From positions 16,593 through 80,592 of the forward strand of contig DEMN01000001.1 of NCBI GenBank assembly GCA_002359215.1: DNA of 64,000 nt, given 5' to 3'. The translations under genes were made by a program, and so were the position numbers. Position 1 is the stretch's first letter; the number at the start of each line of letters is the position of its first letter. This DNA is from Flavobacteriales bacterium UBA2669 (GTDB taxonomy: Bacteria; Bacteroidota; Bacteroidia; Flavobacteriales_E; Vicingaceae). Positions 63,996-64,000 of this stretch are shown here, piece after piece. The notes beneath the pieces were generated by a model, which saw nothing but the letters and a program-made list of their open reading frames with translations, ran no database searches and had not been told where the DNA came from.

Positions 63996-64000
63996 CCGCT

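Larger units (their letters stand above)
41262..64000 (-). mobile_element. Virus-like integrated element without recognisable caudovirus genes (right end outside the window; left end approximate)
   Basis: Strand switch at ~41.26 kb. Dense minus-strand operons with lysis enzymes, many TM proteins, a Zot-like ATPase, a small methyltransferase, a DnaA-domain-IV-like HTH protein and a shared intergenic repeat family. No integrase lies within the window. Confidence 0.5.

Noticed and set aside
41262-64000. Classifying the element as an inovirus on the basis of the Zot-like ATPase and small TM proteins
   Set aside because: The element exceeds 22 kb and has several peptidoglycan hydrolases. The ATPase lacks a TM domain, and no RCR Rep or ssDNA-binding protein was seen in the window. 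All of this is inconsistent with known filamentous phages.

Overview
Low-GC, AT-rich window that looks like Bacteroidota, probably Flavobacteriia. Support: a T9SS type-B (gliding-motility) C-terminal sorting domain, SprB and PKD repeats, weak Shine-Dalgarno usage, and one TAnnTTTG-type promoter box. No rRNA, tRNA or CRISPR array was seen. There are four zones. (1) 1-6.3 kb holds small housekeeping and regulatory genes: PAP2 phosphatase, the CrcB fluoride channel, a MerR regulator, and a receiver-only response regulator beside a separate LytTR protein. It also holds 21-bp phased direct repeats and a candidate structured RNA. (2) 6.35-35.8 kb is one same-strand block of about 29 kb. It encodes four giant secreted proteins: a 1983-aa SprB/PKD repeat protein, a 1940-aa SpvB/TcB-like protein, a 1525-aa DUF6443-like protein and a 2779-aa RHS/YD-repeat toxin. 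Small accessory proteins and a lipoprotein immunity candidate accompany them. (3) 36-41.3 kb is a small accessory island. It contains a translationally coupled trio ending in an NdpA-like nucleoid-associated protein, and a PD-(D/E)xK nuclease-fold protein. (4) 41.3-64 kb, running off the window, is a minus-strand, virus-like integrated element. It has many single-pass membrane proteins, several cell-wall hydrolase or binding modules and a Zot/pI-like ATPase. I could not recognise any caudovirus hallmark gene in it. Its intergenic regions carry a family of polypurine/polypyrimidine hairpin repeats. It also carries a cargo island with an AbiE-like pair and a 1009-aa metallophosphoesterase-STAND-like protein. 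The best novelty candidates are the tail-less virus-like element and its repeats, the MPE-STAND protein, and the RHS/TcB-like mega-operon. All functional calls rest on motifs read by eye from the translations. No database search was run.
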